Below are positions 60,462 to 64,000 of a stretch of DNA of 64,000 nucleotides, in pieces. The notes beneath the pieces are model-generated. The model was not told where the DNA came from. It searched no databases and saw nothing but the letters and a program-made list of their open reading frames with translations. Position 1 is the stretch's first letter; every line of letters starts with the position of its first letter. Both the position numbers and the translations under genes were made by a program. Origin of the DNA: an uncultured Holophagales bacterium. Lineage in GTDB: Bacteria > Acidobacteriota > Thermoanaerobaculia > Multivoradales > UBA5704. Location of the stretch: the NCBI GenBank assembly GCA_963842525.1, contig CAWJGT010000022.1, positions 1-64,000 of the forward strand, written 5' to 3'.

Positions 60462-62145
60462 ATGCATTCACGAATCCTCCGTCCGGGGGCACGGACCCTC
60501 GGTGCCTTGTTCCTGTTGATGACCCTCACCGGCCTTCCGGCCGCGGCGGCGCCTCCATCGGATACCGAATTGACCCGCTTCGCGGACGAGCTGCTGTCCA
60601 AGACCTACCCGGCGGACGCGCCGGGCGCTTCGGCGCTGGTGGTCCGGAACGGCAAGGTGCTGCTGCGCAAGGGCTATGGCCTTGCCGACCAGGAGCTCGG
60701 CGTGCCGGTGCGGCCGGAGATGGTGTTCCAGCTCGGTTCGGTGACCAAGCAGTTCACGGCCGCGGCGATCCTGATGCTCCAGGAGCGCGGCAAGCTCTCG
60801 GTCCAGGACGAGGTCACCAAGTACCTGCCCGACTATCCGACCCACGGCCAGAAGATCACGATCGAGCACCTGCTCACCCATGCCTCCGGCATCCCCAGCT
60901 ACACAGGGCTGGCGGAGTGGCCTCCGAAATGGCGCGAGGACCTCACGCTCGACCAGCTCATGGCGCTGTTCAAGGACAAGCCGCTGGAGTTCAACCCCGG
61001 CGAGCAATGGGCCTACAACAACTCGGGCTACATCCTCCTCGGGGCAGTCATCGAGAAGGCGTCGGGCAAGACCTATGAGGACTTCGTCGAGCAGGAGATC
61101 TTCGCGCCCCTCGGCATGAAGCACTCGTTCTACAACCACAACGAGGAGCTGATCCCCGGCCGCGTGCAGGGATATGAAAAGGAAGGGGAATATCGGCGGG
61201 CGCGTTATCTCAGCATGACCCACCCCTATGCCGCCGGCTCCCTGATCTCCAACGTGGACGACCTGTGGCTCTGGGAGCAGGGGCTGTCGGCTGGCAAGCT
61301 CATCCGCCAAGAGTCGCTCGATCAGATGTTCACCCCCGCCAAGCTCACCTCGGGGGTCAATTCCCACTACGCCTATGGCTGGAACACCTTCGAATACGGC
61401 GGCCGCAAAGTGTTCGAGCACGCCGGCGGGATCTTCGGATTCCTCACGCACGTGACGCGTGTCCCCGACGAGCACCTGTACGTGGCGATCCTGTCGAACA
61501 ACACCTCGAACGACCCGGAGGATCTGGGGTTGCGGATCGCGGCCAAATCGACCGGCACGGCGTTCGAAGACCGGCCGTCGGTGTCGCTCGACGAGAAGAC
61601 GTTGGACGAGTACGTGGGCGTCTACCGCTTCGACGCAAACACAACGCGAACAATCACCCGCGAAGGCGGCAAGCTCTTCTCCCAGCGGAGCAGCCGCGAA
61701 AAGACGGAGATCCTGGCGTCCGCCAAGGACGAGGTCTTCTTCAAGGACACCCCGGCCCGCATGCGCTTCCAACGCGATGCCCAGGGGAAGGTGACAGGCA
61801 TGGAGGCTCCTGGCCAGCGCCGGGCCCGACGGCGTCGGAGTACGGACCGACGAGCCGCTGCCGGCGGAGCGCGTAGCGGTGAAGCTCGATCCGGCGGTCT
61901 ACGACAGCCTGGTGGGAGTCTATGAGCTGGCGCCGGGCTTCGACTTCACCATCACCCGCGAAGGGGACCAGATCTTCGGCCAGGCCACCGGCCAGGGGAA
62001 GGCCGAGCTGTTCCCGCAGTCCGAGACGGAGTTCTTCGTCAAGGTCGTCGACGCCCAGTTCACCTTCGAGCGCGGCCCGGACGGCAAGGCCACAGGGCTG
62101 GTGCTCCACCAGAACGGGCGGAACATTCCGGGGAAAAAGAAGTAG
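60462..62145 (+). CDS. Serine hydrolase (class C beta-lactamase fold) with two DUF3471-like domains; frameshift near 61805
   Basis: SVTK (SxxK), LLTHASG, YNNSGY, HAGG; LD.YVG.Y repeats. Confidence 0.9.
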
Positions 62146-62299
62146 GCCCCTCACCCCCGGCCCCTCTCCCATCCGCCCGCCCGCACCACCGGGAGAGGGG
62201 AGCGGAGACCATCGCACCCGCATCTCGTCTCGAGACTTTCTTTTCCCCCTCTCCCGGAGGAAGGGTGGGCGGTTGGGAGAGGGGGTAGGGGTGAGGGGC
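62146..62299. repeat. Inverted pair of REP-like repeats
   Basis: Copies at 62146-62201 and 62244-62299. Confidence 0.85.
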
Positions 62300-62397
62300 C
62301 GAGCTGCCCCCGGTCGCCGGATGCGATAACATGCGTCGACTTCGAAGAGGAGAAGGCGCGTGCTACCATGCAGGAGAGAGGCTGGAAGGGGGCAACC

Positions 62398-62961
62398 ATG
62401 GCCGTACGAGACACCGCCCGCCGCAAGCTCACGTACCAGGACTATCTGGCCTTCCCCGATGACGGGCTGCGCCACGAGCTCCTGGACGGGGAGCACTACG
62501 TGAGCTCGGCGCCTTCGCGGAGGCACCAGGCGGCCTCAAGGCGCCTGTGCACGCGTTTCGACAATTTTCTGGAGCGGACCGGGCTCGGCGAGGTGTTTCC
62601 GGCCCCGTTCGAGGTCAAGCTCTCGGAGCACGACGTCGTGCAGCCCGACCTCCTCTTTATTTCCAACGAACGCGCTGGCATCCTGACGGAGGCGAATGTC
62701 CTGGGTGCTCCGGATCTGGTGGTCGAGATCCTCTCGGATTCCTCCCATCAAGCAGACAAGCTGGTCAAGCGCCGGCAGTACGAGCTTTTCGGGGTGCGGG
62801 AGTACTGGATTCTCGACCCGGTCCTCCGGACGGCCAGTGTCTATCGTTGGGGCCAAGGACGCTTCGCCCCGCCCGAAGAGCTCTCGGCGGCGGCAGGAGA
62901 TATCCTGTCCACACCCCTCCTCCCCGGTCTCGCGATCCCGCTGGTCGAGATCTTCATTTAG
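62398..62961 (+). CDS. Uma2 family endonuclease
   Basis: HELLDG, VQPDL, APDLVVEILS, GVREYWILDP. Confidence 0.92.
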   Translation: MAVRDTARRKLTYQDYLAFPDDGLRHELLDGEHYVSSAPSRRHQAASRRLCTRFDNFLERTGLGEVFPAPFEVKLSEHDVVQPDLLFISNERAGILTEANVLGAPDLVVEILSDSSHQADKLVKRRQYELFGVREYWILDPVLRTASVYRWGQGRFAPPEELSAAAGDILSTPLLPGLAIPLVEIFI

Positions 62962-64000
62962 ATAGCAGCGCCTCGACCTCCCTTTTCTGCAACGGATCGA
63001 GCTCGACCGCCCGGGCCAGGGCCCGGCGCGCCTCTTCCGTTTTTTTCTGCTGCACGGCTGGATCGCGGCTGGCCCGGGCGGCGAGGAGGAGGTGGGCTCC
63101 GCGCTGGAGCTCGGCTTCGGCGTTCTTGGGGTTGATGGCCAGGGCGCGTCTCGCGGCGTTCAGGCCCTTGGCGATGGCGGTGTTTGCGGCATCCGCATTG
63201 GCGCCTCGGGCGAGGGCGTCCTCGGCCCGGATCTGCTCGGCGCCGGCCAGGATGATCCAGGTCTTCGGGTCCTGGGAGTTGATGTCCAGGGCGCGGGCGA
63301 GGTCTCGGTCCGCGGCAGCCAGGTCCGGGGCCGGAGAGCGGCCTCGGGTGCGCGCCCATCTCGCGGCGACGAGGGCGAGGTCGGCCCGGCTGGCCAGGAC
63401 TTCGCCGTCGTTGGGGTTCAAGGCGAGGCTCCGGTCCGACGCGCGACGGCCTTCGGCCACCGCCTCGGTGGGATCGAGCTTCCGCCCGAGGAGCGCCAGC
63501 GCGCGGTTGTGCTCGATCGTCGCCAGATTGGCGTGGACGAAAGGGTCATTCGGGTTGAAGGAGAGGCTCGCCTGCACGTCCTCCCGGGCCCGCGCCAGGA
63601 TCGGCAGCGGGTCGAGGCCGGTCTGCAGCTCGTACTCGGCCTGCATGACAAGCACGGCGCCGCGGTTTTCCTGCGGTGGACCGTAGCCGGGCTGGACCTC
63701 CAGGGCGCGGGTGTAGCTCGCCGTGGCCGCGGCGAGGGTGGGGCGTGGATCGATCCCGTGCGTCAGCTCGTATTGGCCCTGGACCGCATGGGCATTGCCC
63801 AGGTTCAGCCAGGCCGGCGCCGCCCCGGCGTCGATCGCGAGAGCGCGCTGATAGCCGGCGATCGACTCGCGCAGGACGGGACGCGGGTCCTGGCCGCGCT
63901 CGACTCCCCATCTCGACATGTGGTAGCGCGTATAGGCCAGGTGATGGTGGAGGATCGCCAGGGAGCCGTCGATGGCGAGCCCCCGCCGGTATGCGTCCAC
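62954..64000 (-). CDS. TPR-repeat protein, C-terminal part (runs off the window)
   Basis: Repeated G.DP.P.L..A...Y.RAL..NP units. Confidence 0.8.
   Translation of the reverse strand: MDAYRRGLAIDGSLAILHHHLAYTRYHMSRWGVERGQDPRPVLRESIAGYQRALAIDAGAAPAWLNLGNAHAVQGQYELTHGIDPRPTLAAATASYTRALEVQPGYGPPQENRGAVLVMQAEYELQTGLDPLPILARAREDVQASLSFNPNDPFVHANLATIEHNRALALLGRKLDPTEAVAEGRRASDRSLALNPNDGEVLASRADLALVAARWARTRGRSPAPDLAAADRDLARALDINSQDPKTWIILAGAEQIRAEDALARGANADAANTAIAKGLNAARRALAINPKNAEAELQRGAHLLLAARASRDPAVQQKKTEEARRALARAVELDPLQKREVEALLSK

Noticed and set aside
25429-62145. Frameshifts in htrA, glgP, tusA, the kinase and the serine hydrolase as programmed frameshifting or pseudogenes
   Set aside because: They are scattered single-base indels in GC runs across unrelated conserved genes, best explained as long-read consensus error.

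Overview
High-GC bacterial window. The gene content suggests Acidobacteriota/Thermoanaerobaculia, which is inference. Many single-base frameshifts in housekeeping genes point to long-read consensus errors. Bases 1-22.3 kb form an accessory island. It holds a three-gene DDE-integrase/ExeA element nested in an IS66 that is itself nested in a group II intron, two further IS66 copies and an IS21 remnant. It also holds an unclassified single-ORF element without terminal inverted repeats, a tRNA-Thr att fragment, two decayed tyrosine integrases, a RAYT, and integron-type cassettes with four attC sites but no intI. The main observation is an 813-nt ORF-less group II intron, present twice. Both copies sit in the cassette-sense strand of an attC core, right after GTTR. 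The intron has an EBS1 loop (UAACGG) complementary to that core and non-canonical C...GC termini. Bases 22.3-52.7 kb are mostly core genes (M16 peptidases, HtrA, PBP1B, glgP, yajQ, lolA, purH, tRNA-Phe, TonB receptor, sortase plus LPXTA substrate), interspersed with paired REP-like palindromes and degenerate ~21-bp arrays. Bases 52.9-60 kb form a conflict cluster: an AlbA_2 protein, an orphan toxin/antitoxin-like pair, and a SIR2-like/TIR gene coupled to a STAND-TM-14xWD40 gene.
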